Part shown: positions 8,746-20,522 of the stretch, piece after piece
Layout: each line of letters opens with the position of its first letter
Numbering within the stretch: the stretch's first letter is position 1
Origin: Burkholderiales bacterium
GTDB lineage: Bacteria; Pseudomonadota; Gammaproteobacteria; Burkholderiales; SG8-41
DNA length: 58,491 nt
Direction: 5' to 3'
NCBI GenBank assembly: GCA_038106575.1
Contig: JAYOED010000008.1
Span: 1 to 58,491 of the forward strand
The notes under the pieces: generated by a model
What the model was told of the DNA's origin: nothing
The model's input: only the letters and a program-made list of their open reading frames with translations
The model's database searches: none
Program-made: the position numbers and the translations under genes

Positions 8746-9960
8746 ATGATGAGTGATGGACCTGCGGTCGCTTCAAGGCTACCCGTAATTGCGCTCATAC
8801 TGGCGGCGCTGGCGATGATCGGGCCATTCACGATCGATACTTATCTGCCCGCGTTTCCCTTTATCGCTGCGGATCTGCTGGCGACCCCGGCTCAGATGCA
8901 GCAGACGCTTAGCCTCTATCTGCTTGCGCTTGCCGTGATGACCCTGTTCCACGGGACGTTATCGGATTCCCTGGGGCGGCGTCCGGTCATCATTTTCAGC
9001 CTGCTGCTTTACGTGATGACCGCCATCGGTTGTGCGCTTGCTACTACATTTTCACAACTGCTGTTTTGGCGCACGGTGCAGGGCCTATCCGCCGGGGCCG
9101 GCATTATTGTCGGTCGCGCAATTATTCGCGACAGCCAGCAGGGACATGAAGCTCAACGACTGATGTCCTTGGTGACGATGATATTCGGAATTGCACCCGC
9201 TATTGCGCCGGTGATTGGTGGTTGGCTGCAGCAGGCTGCCGGCTGGCGCTCGATTTTCTGGTTTCTTGTAATTTACGGTATTGTTACGCTGGTCGGGACC
9301 TGGTTGCGGTTGCCGGAAACACATCCCGTCGAAGCAAGACAGCCGCTCAGGATCGTGCCGTTGTTGCACAACTACCTGAGACTTGGCAGTAACCCGATAC
9401 TGGTGTTGCTGTGTATGGTTGTGGCGTTCAATTTTTCCGGTTTTTTTCTTTATGTCGTTTCTGCACCCGCAGTGATCTACGGTTTGCTGGGTCTGACAGC
9501 GACGGATTTTCCGTGGTTGTTTGTCCCGGGCATTGGTGGGGTCATGCTCGGTGCATTTCTGTCGGGGCGGCTGGCTGGCAAACTGTCGTCGCACCATACA
9601 GTCATCATCGGATATCTGGCCATGGCATGTGCGGCAGTGCTAAATATTCTCTACTGCGCATTTTTCCCACCGTCGCTGCCGTGGACCGTGCTGCCGGTCA
9701 TGCTCTACAGCACCGGCATGGCGCTGGCGATGCCAAGCGTGACGGTGTTGGTGCTTGATCTTTATCCGCAACTGCGCGGCACGGTGTCTTCACTGCAGGG
9801 ATTCGCGCACAGCCTGTTTTCAGGCATTACCGCTGGTGTGATATCTCCGCTGGTTTCAGGCAGTGCGCTGACGCTGGCTGTCGCCATGGGCGGACTGCTG
9901 TTCGCAGGAGTGTGTTCCTGGTTGGCGTATCTGCGGCTGAAAGGATCGCGGTCCGGGTAG
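8746..9960 (+). CDS. MFS transporter, Bcr/CflA drug-efflux subfamily
   Basis: 404 aa, 12-TM pattern. Motifs LSDSLGRRPVI and GLSAGAGIIVGRAIIRD. Confidence 0.8.
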   Translation: MMSDGPAVASRLPVIALILAALAMIGPFTIDTYLPAFPFIAADLLATPAQMQQTLSLYLLALAVMTLFHGTLSDSLGRRPVIIFSLLLYVMTAIGCALATTFSQLLFWRTVQGLSAGAGIIVGRAIIRDSQQGHEAQRLMSLVTMIFGIAPAIAPVIGGWLQQAAGWRSIFWFLVIYGIVTLVGTWLRLPETHPVEARQPLRIVPLLHNYLRLGSNPILVLLCMVVAFNFSGFFLYVVSAPAVIYGLLGLTATDFPWLFVPGIGGVMLGAFLSGRLAGKLSSHHTVIIGYLAMACAAVLNILYCAFFPPSLPWTVLPVMLYSTGMALAMPSVTVLVLDLYPQLRGTVSSLQGFAHSLFSGITAGVISPLVSGSALTLAVAMGGLLFAGVCSWLAYLRLKGSRSG

Positions 9961-9979
9961 CCTCAGCGAGAGCCGGGGC

Positions 9980-10366
9980 TCAACACTGTTCCCAGGGCAG
10001 CCCATCATATCGCCATCCGGTTTTCGTGCCCCGGTGATGTTTGTCATCGAGTTCGCCTTCGAAGCCGTGGAGCACGTTGTAGACCTGGGTGAAGCCGGCT
10101 TCTTCAAGGGCATGGCCGGCATCCAGAGAGCGGTTGCCGCTGCGGCAGATGACGATGATCGGACGATCGACACTGGCCGCTTTTTTGACATGAGCGACAA
10201 AATGAGGATTTATTTCCCAGTTGGGGCCGTCATTCCATGCCACGTGGATGGCCCTGATGGGATGCCCGACGAACAAATATTCTATCTCGCTGCGGCAGTC
10301 GATGAATACCGAATTCGGGTTCTGGTTCAGAAACTCGAAGGCTTCCTTGGGCTCCATGTGCTTCAT
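9980..10366 (-). CDS. Single-domain rhodanese-like sulfurtransferase
   Basis: Active-site loop VICRSGNRS. Start uncertain: ATG 10366 (MKHMEPKE) versus TTG 10417. Confidence 0.75.
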   Translation of the reverse strand: MKHMEPKEAFEFLNQNPNSVFIDCRSEIEYLFVGHPIRAIHVAWNDGPNWEINPHFVAHVKKAASVDRPIIVICRSGNRSLDAGHALEEAGFTQVYNVLHGFEGELDDKHHRGTKTGWRYDGLPWEQC

Positions 10367-10513
10367 CGGGATGTCACTGTCACGCTTCGTTAATGAAGGC
10401 GCATTATAGGCGCGCAAAGGTTTCAGGGCCAGTTGCCCAAAAACGCGCTAAGTCCATGATAAAATTCGCGCTTTTCCGGCCTATCCGGCCGTAATAGGGC
10501 TCAAACTGAAGCC

Positions 10514-13500
10514 ATGACTCACTCCCGCATCCACCAATTACCCGAGCTGCTGTCGAAGCGCATCCTGATTCTCGACGGCGCCATGGGCACGATGATCCAG
10601 AGCTACAAGCTGGACGAGGCGGCTTATCGCGGCAAACGTTTCAAGGATTTTGAATACGAGGTCAAGGGTAACAACGACCTGCTAGTGCTGACGCAACCCC
10701 AGATCATCCGCGAGATTCACGAGCAGTATCTCGATGCCGGTTCCGACATCATTGAAACCAACACCTTCAATTCGACATCGGTCGCCATGGCCGATTACCA
10801 CATGGAAGAGCTGGTGTATGAATTGAATGTAGAGGCTGCAAAAATCGCGCGTGCGGCTGCGGACACCTACGAAAAGAAGGATGCCTGCCGGCCGCGCTTC
10901 GTCGCGGGTACGCTCGGACCGACTAATCGCACGGCCTCGATATCGCCCGACGTCAACGACCCCGGGTTCCGCAACGTTAGTTTTGATGGGCTGGTGGCTG
11001 CTTATACCGAAGCCATTCGCGGACTGGTTGACGGCGGCGCCGACCTGTTACTGGTGGAAACAATATTCGACTCGCTGAACGCCAAGGCCGCCCTGTTTGC
11101 GATCGACCGGTATTGTGCGGAAAAAGGACTGAAAATCCCGGTCATGATTTCCGGCACCATCACCGACGCATCGGGCCGCACCCTGTCTGGCCAGACGCCG
11201 GAAGCGTTCTGGAATTCAGTGCGCCATGCCAAACCGATCACCATCGGCTTGAACTGCGCTCTGGGGGCAAAGCTAATGAGGCCGTACATCGAGGAAATCT
11301 CGACGGTCGCCGATACTTTTGTCTGCGCCTATCCAAATGCAGGCCTGCCGAATCCGCTGGCACCGACAGGTTACGACGAGCTACCGGCCGATACCGCAGC
11401 CTATCTGCTTGATTTCGCGAAAAGCGGCTTCGTCAACGTGGTGGGCGGTTGCTGTGGAACGACGCCGCCGCATATCCGCGCCATTGCGGACATCGTGAAA
11501 GACATTACCCCGCGCAAGGTTCCCGCAGTTGAAAAGAAAATGCGCCTGTCCGGACTGGAGCCGCTGAACATCAGCGACGATTCGCTGTTCGTCAATGTCG
11601 GCGAGCGTACCAATGTCACCGGATCCCGCGCCTTTGCCAAGCTGATCCTGGCTGGGAACTATGCCGAAGCAGTGTCGGTGGCACGTCAGCAGGTGGAAAG
11701 CGGCGCCCAGGTGATTGACGTGAACATGGACGAGGCGATGCTCGACTCGAAGGCGGCGATGACCACCTTTCTCAACCTGATCGCCTCCGAACCCGACATT
11801 TCTCGTGTGCCGGTGATGATCGACTCCTCGAACTGGGAACTCATCGAAGCCGGGTTGAAATGCGTTCAGGGCAAGGCGATAGTCAACTCGATCAGCATGA
11901 AAGAGGGTGTCGAACCGTTCAAGCAGCAGGCACGGCTCGCCAAGCGCTATGGCGCTGCTGTAGTGGTGATGGCTTTCGACGAAAAGGGCCAAGCCGATAC
12001 TTATCAGCGTCGCATCGAGATCTCGAAAAAGGCCTACGATATCCTGGTCGGGGAAATCGGTTTTCCGCCGGAAGATATCATCATCGATCCGAATATTTTC
12101 GCGATCGCGACCGGCATCGAGGAACATAACCGCTACGGCATCGATTTCATCGAAGCTACGCGCTGGATACGACAGAATCTGCGACATGCGCGGATCAGCG
12201 GCGGGCTATCGAACATCTCGTTTTCGTTCCGCGGCAATGACCCGGTGCGCGAGGCCATACATACCGCGTTCCTGTTCCACGCGATCAAGGCTGGGCTGAC
12301 CATGGCCATCGTCAATGCCGGCCAGATCGGCGTCTACGACGATATTCCCCAGGATCTGCTCGAGCATGTCGAAGACATCATCTTCGATCGCCGTCACGAC
12401 GCCGCCGAGCGCATGGTCGCATTTGCCGAAACCTTCAAAGGCAAGGGAAAGGTGGTGACGGAGGATCTGGCCTGGCGGGACGCGCCAGTCCGCGAGCGGC
12501 TGACCCATGCGCTGGTCAAGGGCATCTCGAACTGGATTGTTGAAGACACCGAGGAGATGCGCCTGGAAATCGCGGAGCGCAACGGCCGGCCAATCGAGGT
12601 GATCGAGGGCCCGCTGATGGACGGAATGAACGTCGTCGGCGATCTCTTCGGCGCCGGCAAGATGTTTCTGCCGCAGGTGGTGAAATCAGCGCGGGTGATG
12701 AAACAGGCGGTGGCCCATCTGGTGCCGTTCATCGAGGAAGAAAAGAGCCGGCTGGGCGATATTCGTGCCAAGGGCAAGATCGTGTTGGCCACGGTCAAGG
12801 GCGATGTTCATGACATCGGCAAGAACATCGTTGCCGTAGTGCTCCAGTGCAACAATTATGAAGTGGTGAACCTCGGTGTGATGGTGCCGTGGAAACAGAT
12901 CGCGGAAGTCGCGGAGAAGGAAAAAGCTGACATCATCGGCCTCTCGGGGCTGATCACGCCGTCGCTGGAAGAAATGGCCCACAACGCGCGCGAAATGCAG
13001 CGTGCCGGTATGAACATCCCGCTGTTGATCGGCGGTGCCACGACTTCGCGCGTGCATACCGCGGTGAAAATCGCACCGCATTACTCTGGGCCGGTGGTGT
13101 GGGTACCGGATGCTTCGCGCAGCGTCAGCGTGTGTTCGAGCCTGCTCTCCGACAACCAGCGCAAGGGTTATCTGAACGACGTCGCAGCAGAGTACGAGCG
13201 CATCCGCGAACAGCGTGCGGGCAAGAAAGGCCCTGAACTGATTTCGATGGCCGAGGCGCGCGCAAACGCTCTGAAGACCGACTGGAAGAGTTACGTGCCG
13301 CCGAAGCCGGAGATGATCGGGTTGAAGCCGCTGAAGAACTACGACCTATCCGAAATTGCCCGCCACATCGACTGGGGGCCGTTCTTCCAGACCTGGGACC
13401 TGGCCGGGCCATATCCGGCAATTCTAAAGGATCCGGTCGTCGGGGAGGAGGCGCGCAAGGTGCTGGCCGACGGACAGGCGATGCTGAAAAAAATCATCGA

Positions 13501-14221
13501 AGGCCGTTGGCTGACGGCGAACGGCGTATTCGGGTTGTTTCCAGCCGCGCGTATCAATCATGAAGACATTGCAATTTATGCCGACGATACCCGAAAAAAA
13601 CGGCTGATGACCTGGCATAACCTGCGCCAGCAGAACCGCAAACCGAGTGGCCGCGCCAACCAGAGCATTGCCGATTTCGTCGCGCCGCTGGAATCCGGGG
13701 TCGCCGATTATGTCGGCGCTTTTGCAGTTACTGCGGGGCTGGGCATCGACAAGCGCATTGAGAATTTTGAAAAGCGGCATGACGATTATTCAGCCATCCT
13801 GCTCAAGGCGCTGGCCGACCGTCTGGCTGAAGCGTTCGCCGAACTGCTGCATTTGCGCGTGCGCCGCGAGTTCTGGGGTTATGCGCGCGACGAAGCGCTG
13901 GACAATGACGCCTTGATCGCGGAGAAATACCGCGGCATCCGGCCTGCTCCGGGATATCCGGCTTGTCCGGACCATACCGAGAAAGGCGCATTGTTCGAAT
14001 TGCTGCAGGCGGGTCGCATTGACATGCGGCTGACCGAGTCCTACGCCATGCAGCCGGCATCCTCGGTAAGCGGATTTTATTTCTCGCATCCCGAGGCGCA
14101 GTATTTCGCCATCGGCAAAGTTGATCGCGATCAGGTGGCGGATTACGCAAAGCGCAAGGGTATTTCGCTAGCCGATGCCGAACGCTGGCTGGCGCCGGTC
14201 CTGGGCTACGATTCCGCTTGA
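10514..14221 (+). CDS. metH: Cobalamin-dependent methionine synthase
   Basis: 1235 aa with Hcy-binding, pterin-binding, B12-binding ([11 protein letters not shown]) and AdoMet-activation domains in order. Confidence 0.97.
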   Translation: MTHSRIHQLPELLSKRILILDGAMGTMIQSYKLDEAAYRGKRFKDFEYEVKGNNDLLVLTQPQIIREIHEQYLDAGSDIIETNTFNSTSVAMADYHMEELVYELNVEAAKIARAAADTYEKKDACRPRFVAGTLGPTNRTASISPDVNDPGFRNVSFDGLVAAYTEAIRGLVDGGADLLLVETIFDSLNAKAALFAIDRYCAEKGLKIPVMISGTITDASGRTLSGQTPEAFWNSVRHAKPITIGLNCALGAKLMRPYIEEISTVADTFVCAYPNAGLPNPLAPTGYDELPADTAAYLLDFAKSGFVNVVGGCCGTTPPHIRAIADIVKDITPRKVPAVEKKMRLSGLEPLNISDDSLFVNVGERTNVTGSRAFAKLILAGNYAEAVSVARQQVESGAQVIDVNMDEAMLDSKAAMTTFLNLIASEPDISRVPVMIDSSNWELIEAGLKCVQGKAIVNSISMKEGVEPFKQQARLAKRYGAAVVVMAFDEKGQADTYQRRIEISKKAYDILVGEIGFPPEDIIIDPNIFAIATGIEEHNRYGIDFIEATRWIRQNLRHARISGGLSNISFSFRGNDPVREAIHTAFLFHAIKAGLTMAIVNAGQIGVYDDIPQDLLEHVEDIIFDRRHDAAERMVAFAETFKGKGKVVTEDLAWRDAPVRERLTHALVKGISNWIVEDTEEMRLEIAERNGRPIEVIEGPLMDGMNVVGDLFGAGKMFLPQVVKSARVMKQAVAHLVPFIEEEKSRLGDIRAKGKIVLATVKGDVHDIGKNIVAVVLQCNNYEVVNLGVMVPWKQIAEVAEKEKADIIGLSGLITPSLEEMAHNAREMQRAGMNIPLLIGGATTSRVHTAVKIAPHYSGPVVWVPDASRSVSVCSSLLSDNQRKGYLNDVAAEYERIREQRAGKKGPELISMAEARANALKTDWKSYVPPKPEMIGLKPLKNYDLSEIARHIDWGPFFQTWDLAGPYPAILKDPVVGEEARKVLADGQAMLKKIIEGRWLTANGVFGLFPAARINHEDIAIYADDTRKKRLMTWHNLRQQNRKPSGRANQSIADFVAPLESGVADYVGAFAVTAGLGIDKRIENFEKRHDDYSAILLKALADRLAEAFAELLHLRVRREFWGYARDEALDNDALIAEKYRGIRPAPGYPACPDHTEKGALFELLQAGRIDMRLTESYAMQPASSVSGFYFSHPEAQYFAIGKVDRDQVADYAKRKGISLADAERWLAPVLGYDSA

Positions 14222-15072
14222 CGCAATTTCCCCTTTCGCCGGCCAGGCGTTATCTGGCGCTGGCCGATGCAGCTCACAACAGCTGGTGGCGTTACCTGCT
14301 GGGCATTCTGGGCATTGCCGCGATCTGGTTGATCGGCGGCAATATTGCCTATTTGCTAGTTTTGTACCTGCCGCTGGGTCGTATCACCGAATTTGTCGCA
14401 GTCAATGCCAGCGTGCTGATGCTGCTGGCAGGCGTAGTGACCGTCATCGTCATTTTGCACCGCCGTCGAATTCGCTCCCTGATCACGCCGCATCCTGTAA
14501 TCGATCGGCGGCGCATGGCGGAGGGTGCCGTGGTCTGGATCGTGCTGGGCCTGCTGTTTGCGGTAGTCGAGAACCTGCTGTATCCGGGACGCTATGGGTG
14601 GAGCCTGGATCTGCAGCGCTGGCTGCCCTTTCTCTTTGCGGCATTGTTGCTGACGCCGTTGCAGTGTGCAGCCGAAGAACTGTTTTTTCGCGGATACCTG
14701 GTTCAGGCCATGGGTCGCTGGTTGCGGCAGCCGGCAGCGCTCGCCGTGCTGAGCAGCGTGGTTTTCACCATCCCGCACCTCTATAATCCAGAGGTGGCCG
14801 CATACGGACTCGCGATCATGGCAGCCAATTATTTCGTGATGGGACTGTTTCTTGCCAGTGTGAGCCTTCGCGACGGCCGTCTAGAACTAGCGATTGGCGC
14901 ACATGCAGGTAACAATCTGCTGCTAGCGGTAGTGGTCAATTACGAGGATTCAGTATTCCGCACAGAATCGCTGTTCACGGCGGGTGCTCTCGATCCCCAG
15001 TATTCGCTGGTGACGCTGATTTTGGGTGCAATATTGTTTCATCTGTGGGTATTCAGAAGGCGGTCCATCTAG
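14218..15072 (+). CDS. CPBP (CAAX) family intramembrane metalloprotease
   Basis: Multi-TM with [14 protein letters not shown] and HAGNN motifs. The TTG start overlaps the metH stop. Confidence 0.75.
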   Translation: MTQFPLSPARRYLALADAAHNSWWRYLLGILGIAAIWLIGGNIAYLLVLYLPLGRITEFVAVNASVLMLLAGVVTVIVILHRRRIRSLITPHPVIDRRRMAEGAVVWIVLGLLFAVVENLLYPGRYGWSLDLQRWLPFLFAALLLTPLQCAAEELFFRGYLVQAMGRWLRQPAALAVLSSVVFTIPHLYNPEVAAYGLAIMAANYFVMGLFLASVSLRDGRLELAIGAHAGNNLLLAVVVNYEDSVFRTESLFTAGALDPQYSLVTLILGAILFHLWVFRRRSI

Positions 15073-15073
15073 C

Positions 15074-15835
15074 GTGAATGACCGGTTTTCAGATGCCGAA
15101 GTCGCCGGTTTCAACCAGGAAGGCTATCAGGTGGTCCGTGGCTTGGTGCCGTTCGCGTCCTGCGTGCAGCTGCGGGCACTGGCCGAGCGAGATCTTGATG
15201 CCAAAAAAACGCCGGTCGAGTACGAATCGGACACCCTTTATCCGGGTGCCCCAGAATCGCTTGAAGCGCCCGGAGGACGCACCATCCGGAGATTACTGCA
15301 AGCCTACTCCCGCGACGCGCTGTTCCGCCAATGGGCGACAGCGCTGCCGGTAGTGGAACGCCTGCGCCAACTGCTCGGCCCGCAAGTTGCTCTGGTGCAG
15401 GCGCACCACAACTGCGTGATGACCAAGGATCCGCGCTACAGCAGCATTACCAGCTGGCATCGTGATTTCCGCTACTGGTCATACGAGCGAGCTGAAATGG
15501 TTTCGGTTTGGCTGGCCTTGGGGGAGGAGCATCCGGATAACGGCTGCCTGATGTTGCTGCCAGGCAGCCATGCCATCGATTACAGTGCTGAACAGCTCGA
15601 CCAGGCGCAATTTCTGCGCACCGATGTTGCAAAAAACGCCGAACTGCTGAGCCAACGCATATATGCCGAACTTAATCCCGGTGATGCGCTGTTTTTTCAT
15701 TGCCGGCTGTTTCATGCCGCCGGCCATAACAGAACCTCTACCACCAAATATTCAGTAGTGTTCACCTACCACGCTGCCGACAACCGCCCATTGCCGGGAA
15801 CCCGTTCCGCGGCCATGGAGGATATTCTATTGTGA
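15074..15835 (+). CDS. Phytanoyl-CoA dioxygenase (PhyH) family Fe(II)/2-oxoglutarate oxygenase
   Basis: WHRDF (H-x-D) and distal His in FHAAGHN. GTG 15074 chosen so that it follows the CPBP stop. Confidence 0.75.
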   Translation: MNDRFSDAEVAGFNQEGYQVVRGLVPFASCVQLRALAERDLDAKKTPVEYESDTLYPGAPESLEAPGGRTIRRLLQAYSRDALFRQWATALPVVERLRQLLGPQVALVQAHHNCVMTKDPRYSSITSWHRDFRYWSYERAEMVSVWLALGEEHPDNGCLMLLPGSHAIDYSAEQLDQAQFLRTDVAKNAELLSQRIYAELNPGDALFFHCRLFHAAGHNRTSTTKYSVVFTYHAADNRPLPGTRSAAMEDILL

Positions 15836-15873
15836 GCAACGGTTTTACATTTCATGTTTTCTGATTTGCCGCG

Positions 15874-16503
15874 ATGAACCCAGAAGAAAGCATTGAACGC
15901 TACAGCAAGCATGCCGAAGGCTATGACGCCAGCGCACGGCGCACGATGGGACTACGCCGGCGCACCATCGCCAGGTTGGCGTTGCATTCGGGTGATATCG
16001 TGCTGGATGCCGGGTGCGGCACCGGGCTTAGTTTTCCGCTGTTGCTCGAGGCGGTTGGTCGGGAAGGTAGGATCATCGGTGTAGAACACAGCCCAGAGAT
16101 GCTAGCACTTGCAAGAGCGAGGGTCGATGAGGCTGGCTGGAGCAATATCACGCTGATCGAGTCAGCGATGGAGGCGGTCGAATGGCAGCAACCCGTGACA
16201 GGGGTGCTGTTTAACTATACCCACGATGTAATGCGCTCTCCGGCTGCGCTGGACAACATTTTTCGCCAGGCTGTTGCCGATGCAAAGGTTGCAGCTGCCG
16301 GCATCAAGCACCCGCCGCGCTGGCTGGATCCGTTCAGGCTATACCGGTGCTTCAAGTCGCGGGGTTGTTACACCCACACCGAAGGCCTGGAGACGCCCTG
16401 GGATCGCCTGCAGGCGTATGTGCCGGATTTGCAGATCGAATTGACACTGCTGGGCACTGGTTACATTGCCTGGGGGACTGCGCGACGGCGCTTTCAGGAA
16501 TAA
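15874..16503 (+). CDS. Class I SAM-dependent methyltransferase
   Basis: Motif I VLDAGCGTGLS. 209 aa. Confidence 0.75.
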   Translation: MNPEESIERYSKHAEGYDASARRTMGLRRRTIARLALHSGDIVLDAGCGTGLSFPLLLEAVGREGRIIGVEHSPEMLALARARVDEAGWSNITLIESAMEAVEWQQPVTGVLFNYTHDVMRSPAALDNIFRQAVADAKVAAAGIKHPPRWLDPFRLYRCFKSRGCYTHTEGLETPWDRLQAYVPDLQIELTLLGTGYIAWGTARRRFQE

Positions 16504-16586
16504 ACACATTTCTGTATGTTTATTCCGGTATCCGCGACTGATGTCCATAGCCGTGACATCGGTACCTGAAAATTCTGGAGCCTGCA

Positions 16587-17861
16587 TTGAAACCCAGACG
16601 CATATTGATATTGTTTCCCAAGGACTGGGATCGCGCTGAACTCGAACATTCCCGCTATCAGTCTGATTACCGTTTTTATTACGAAGGCTTTGATCTTTTT
16701 GCCTTTCCCGAAAATGCGCGGCTGCTGACGTTTGATGCGCGCCGCTATGTGGATCGACTGGTGCGTCGTTACAGGGGCCGGATCGACGGGGTTGTCAGCA
16801 ACAATGAGCATTTCGGCGCGCTGCTGGTGGCAGTCATTGCCCAGCGACTCGGCCTGCCGGGTATGGATCCGGCAACGATCATCGCTGCACAGCACAAATA
16901 TTATTCCCGCTGCCTGCAGCAGAAAATAGTACCAGAGGCTACGCCGCGGTTTTCGGTAATGCCTTATGCAAGGCATATCGAACATGCACCTGAGATCGGT
17001 TTTCCCTGTTTTGTGAAACCGGTGAAGGCGACCTATTCGGTGCTGGCACGGCGGGTTAATGACATGGCGCAGTTACAGGCGCTGCTGGATTTCTCGCCGC
17101 TGGAGCGCCTGATCCTGCGCAAGCTGGTAAAGCCATTTGATGATCTGACGCCGCTTTACACGCCGTTCTCCATTGGTGCCAGGGCAATGATCGCCGAGGA
17201 AATCCTCGAGGGTGATCAGATCAGTATCGACGGCTATGTGCACAATGGCAAAATCACCGTTCTGGGTATGGTCGACGAAGTCATGTATCCCGGCACCCAG
17301 GCGTTCATGCAGTTCGAATATCCCTCGCGGATGGAAGAGTCGCTCCAGCAGAGGGTGCGGACGCTGACCGAGAAGCTGCTTTCAGGACTGGATTACAGCC
17401 ACGGATTTTTCAATGTCGAGATGGTGATCAACCGCACGAACGGAAATATACGCATTATCGAAATCAACCCGCGCATGGCATCCCAGATCATGAATTTGTA
17501 CGGCCGCGTTGATGGCTGTGATCCTTACGGCATGTTGTTGGATCTCGCTGTCGGCGAAGCCCCGCGCGTGCCGGATGAGGCTGGTGAATTCCGTACCGCA
17601 GCCAGTTTCGTTTTTCGCCGTTTCGACGGACGTGCTCCCGAACGCGTACCAACATTGGCTCAGATAGAGGCTATACACCGCCGCTATCCAGATGCCCGGC
17701 TGATGCTTTATCGGAAGCGGGGTGTTGGGCTTGCCCGAGAAATGAAATGGCTGGGCAGCCATCGCTATGCAGTGCTCAATCTTGGCGGTCGCGATGCGGC
17801 TGATTTGCATACGCGTTACGAAAATATACGCCGCGAACTCGCACTGGGCAGTGCTGCTTAA
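16587..17861 (+). CDS. ATP-grasp domain protein (carboxylate-amine ligase-like)
   Basis: 424 aa. TTG start with GGAG 7 nt upstream. IRIIEINPRMAS (E-x-N Mg site) and FPCFVKPVKA. Confidence 0.75.
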   Translation: MKPRRILILFPKDWDRAELEHSRYQSDYRFYYEGFDLFAFPENARLLTFDARRYVDRLVRRYRGRIDGVVSNNEHFGALLVAVIAQRLGLPGMDPATIIAAQHKYYSRCLQQKIVPEATPRFSVMPYARHIEHAPEIGFPCFVKPVKATYSVLARRVNDMAQLQALLDFSPLERLILRKLVKPFDDLTPLYTPFSIGARAMIAEEILEGDQISIDGYVHNGKITVLGMVDEVMYPGTQAFMQFEYPSRMEESLQQRVRTLTEKLLSGLDYSHGFFNVEMVINRTNGNIRIIEINPRMASQIMNLYGRVDGCDPYGMLLDLAVGEAPRVPDEAGEFRTAASFVFRRFDGRAPERVPTLAQIEAIHRRYPDARLMLYRKRGVGLAREMKWLGSHRYAVLNLGGRDAADLHTRYENIRRELALGSAA

Positions 17862-17986
17862 GCCGGCAGTCGCATCCGTGGCCTTACCTTGCTGAGCCTT
17901 CAGGCAAAACCAATCAGATTCCGCCGTTCTGACGCGGGCTTGTCGTCCGATTCGCGTATCATTTGCCCCGGATTCACGGATTGAAC

Positions 17987-19333
17987 ATGCATATTCATAT
18001 TCTCGGTATCTGCGGTACGTTCATGGGCGGGCTTGCGCTGCTTGCCCGCGCAGCAGGGCACCGCGTGACCGGTTGCGATGCCAATGTCTACCCGCCGATG
18101 AGCACCCAGCTCGAAGCGGAAGGCATCGAACTGATCAACGGCTACGGTGCGGAGCAGATCGATCTAAGACCCGACCTCTTTGTGGTTGGAAATGTGGTGA
18201 CCCGCGGCAATGTGCTGATGGAAGCCATTCTCAACCGCGGACTGCCCCACGTGTCAGGCCCGCAGTGGCTGCATGATCATGTGTTGCAGGGGCGCTGGGT
18301 GCTTGCCGTGGCGGGCACGCATGGCAAGACGACCACCAGTTCGATGGTGGCGTGGATACTTGAGCACGCGGGACTCAGCCCCGGTTTCCTTATCGGCGGT
18401 GTGCCTCAGAATTTCGGCGTGTCAGCGCGCCTCACCGAAACGCCCTTTTTCGTGATCGAAGCCGATGAGTACGACACCGCCTTTTTCGACAAGCGCTCGA
18501 AATTCGTTCATTACTCGCCGCGTACTCTTGTGCTCAATAATCTCGAATACGATCATGCCGACATTTTTCCCGACCTCTCCGCCATCGAGAACCAGTTTCA
18601 TCACCTGGTTCGCATCGTGCCCGCTAACGGACTGATTGTTTCGAATGGCGCCGATTCAGCGCTTGAGCGTGTGCTGGCGAGAGGGGCATGGACCCCGGTA
18701 GAGCGTTTTGGCGATACATGCGCATGGCGGGCGGGCGATACGGATGCGCGCGGTGCATTCGAGGTGATCCATGAAGGCGCCTCACGGGGCCGAGTGATGT
18801 GGGATCTTGCCGGAGAGCACAACCGGCTCAATGCACTGGCGGCCATCGCCGCAGCACGACATGCCGGCGTTCCCGCCGTCGGTGCCGTTGATGCGCTCGG
18901 GCAGTTTAAGGGCGTACGGCGCCGCATGGAGACGCGCGGCACAGTGCGCGGCGTCACCGTGTACGATGATTTTGCGCACCATCCGACGGCGATTGCGACC
19001 ACCCTGTCGGGGTTGCGACGCAAGGCGTCCAGCGGCCGTATCCTTGCGGTCATCGAACCCCGCTCGAACACGATGAAACTCGGAATCATGAAACAGGCGC
19101 TGCCCGGCAGTCTTGCCGAGGCCGATCAGGTCTATTGCTACAGTGGCGGCATCAACTGGGATGCGGCTGCTGCGCTTGCTCCGCTAGGAGGCAAGGCGCA
19201 GGTGCATGGCGACCTGACACAGCTGATCGAAGCTGTTGCCGCTGCCGCACACGACGGCGATCATGTCCTGATCATGAGCAACGGTGGATTCGGCGGTATC
19301 CACGACAAGCTTCTGCTGCGCCTGGCTGCCTGA
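17987..19333 (+). CDS. mpl: UDP-N-acetylmuramate:L-Ala-gamma-D-Glu-meso-DAP ligase
   Basis: MHIHILGICGTFMGGLA N-terminus and Mur-ligase P-loop GTHGKTTTSSM. Confidence 0.9.
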   Translation: MHIHILGICGTFMGGLALLARAAGHRVTGCDANVYPPMSTQLEAEGIELINGYGAEQIDLRPDLFVVGNVVTRGNVLMEAILNRGLPHVSGPQWLHDHVLQGRWVLAVAGTHGKTTTSSMVAWILEHAGLSPGFLIGGVPQNFGVSARLTETPFFVIEADEYDTAFFDKRSKFVHYSPRTLVLNNLEYDHADIFPDLSAIENQFHHLVRIVPANGLIVSNGADSALERVLARGAWTPVERFGDTCAWRAGDTDARGAFEVIHEGASRGRVMWDLAGEHNRLNALAAIAAARHAGVPAVGAVDALGQFKGVRRRMETRGTVRGVTVYDDFAHHPTAIATTLSGLRRKASSGRILAVIEPRSNTMKLGIMKQALPGSLAEADQVYCYSGGINWDAAAALAPLGGKAQVHGDLTQLIEAVAAAAHDGDHVLIMSNGGFGGIHDKLLLRLAA

Positions 19334-20517
19334 TGGCGGTGATTCCCGAAGACGCGCTGGGCGCTTTCTGCCGGCATACTCACGTTGCCTTGCGTGGTTC
19401 GGGCAGCGGCCTTCTTGCGGGCCTAACCTTCGGCGCCAAGGATATTTACGACGTTGCGGGATATCAGACCGGATTCGGCAGTCCGGAGTGGCTGGCCACG
19501 CATGAACCTGCTGCGCATACCGCGCCAGCCATTGAAATGCTGCTAGGTGCAGGCGCCGACATGGCGGGCAAGACGCAGACCGATGAGCTGACCTTCAGCA
19601 TCACCGGTGAGAACGCGCACTACGGCACGCCGGTCAACGTCAATGCGCCGGGACGTGTACCCGGCGGTTCCTCCAGCGGTTCTGCAGCCGCAGTTGCGGG
19701 TAGCCTGGTGGATTTTTCGATCGGCAGCGATACCGGCGGTTCAGTGCGCGCGCCAGCAAGTTTTTGCGGTCTCTACGGCATACGGCCGACCCACGGGCGG
19801 GTGCCGATGGCCGGCGTCTGCCCGATGGCGCCGAGCTTTGATGTCGCGGGATGGTTTGCTCGCGATGCGGCATTGCTGGAGCGTGTCGGCACCGTTCTGC
19901 TGCAAGAGCAGCCAGTTGTGAACCCAAAATCGTTGCGGGGACTGCTTGCCGAGGATGCATTTGCGCTTGTGTCGTCCGACGTTACTTCTGCAATGCAACC
20001 AGTACTTGAGCGTGTTCGTTCCCTGTTCAGCGAGCTGCGTCCAGTTACAGTTAGTGCTGAAGGCCTGCCGCAATGGTTTCAGGCGTTTCGGGTGTTGCAG
20101 GGGGCCGAGTTTCACTCCCAGCATGGGGAATGGATCGCACGCGTGAAACCCCAATTGGGTCCGGGCGTGCGCGAACGCGCAGCATGGGCTGCTGGCGTGA
20201 CCGAGGGCGAAGTGTCCCGCATGCAGGCAGTGCGGGACATGGTACGGCGGCGTATGGACGGGCTGCTTATGGATGATACCGTGCTGTTGTTGCCTACCGT
20301 TCCCGACATTGCACCACATTGCAACACCCCCTCCGCACAGCTTGATAATTTCCGTGCGCGGGCGATGAGTTTGCTGTGCATCGCAGGTCTTGCGGGTCTG
20401 CCGCAGATTAGTCTTCCGCTGGCCACCCTGAACGGCTGTCCGCTCGGGCTGTCTATCCTGGGTGCGCGCGGCAGCGATGCCCGGCTGCTGGCGCTGGCAA
20501 AACAGATTGGCGGATAG
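19333..20517 (+). CDS. Amidase-signature family protein
   Basis: GGSSSGSAAAVA signature. ATG 19333 overlaps the mpl TGA by 1 nt. The longer ORF-track version is a frame run-on inside mpl. Confidence 0.8.
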   Translation: MAVIPEDALGAFCRHTHVALRGSGSGLLAGLTFGAKDIYDVAGYQTGFGSPEWLATHEPAAHTAPAIEMLLGAGADMAGKTQTDELTFSITGENAHYGTPVNVNAPGRVPGGSSSGSAAAVAGSLVDFSIGSDTGGSVRAPASFCGLYGIRPTHGRVPMAGVCPMAPSFDVAGWFARDAALLERVGTVLLQEQPVVNPKSLRGLLAEDAFALVSSDVTSAMQPVLERVRSLFSELRPVTVSAEGLPQWFQAFRVLQGAEFHSQHGEWIARVKPQLGPGVRERAAWAAGVTEGEVSRMQAVRDMVRRRMDGLLMDDTVLLLPTVPDIAPHCNTPSAQLDNFRARAMSLLCIAGLAGLPQISLPLATLNGCPLGLSILGARGSDARLLALAKQIGG

Positions 20518-20522
20518 TCCCC

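Noticed and set aside
10418-10513. Possible SAH or B12 riboswitch upstream of metH
   Set aside because: I could not find the conserved cores of either class by eye. There is only a weak 5-bp CGGCC/GGCCG stem. Left unreported pending a cmsearch.
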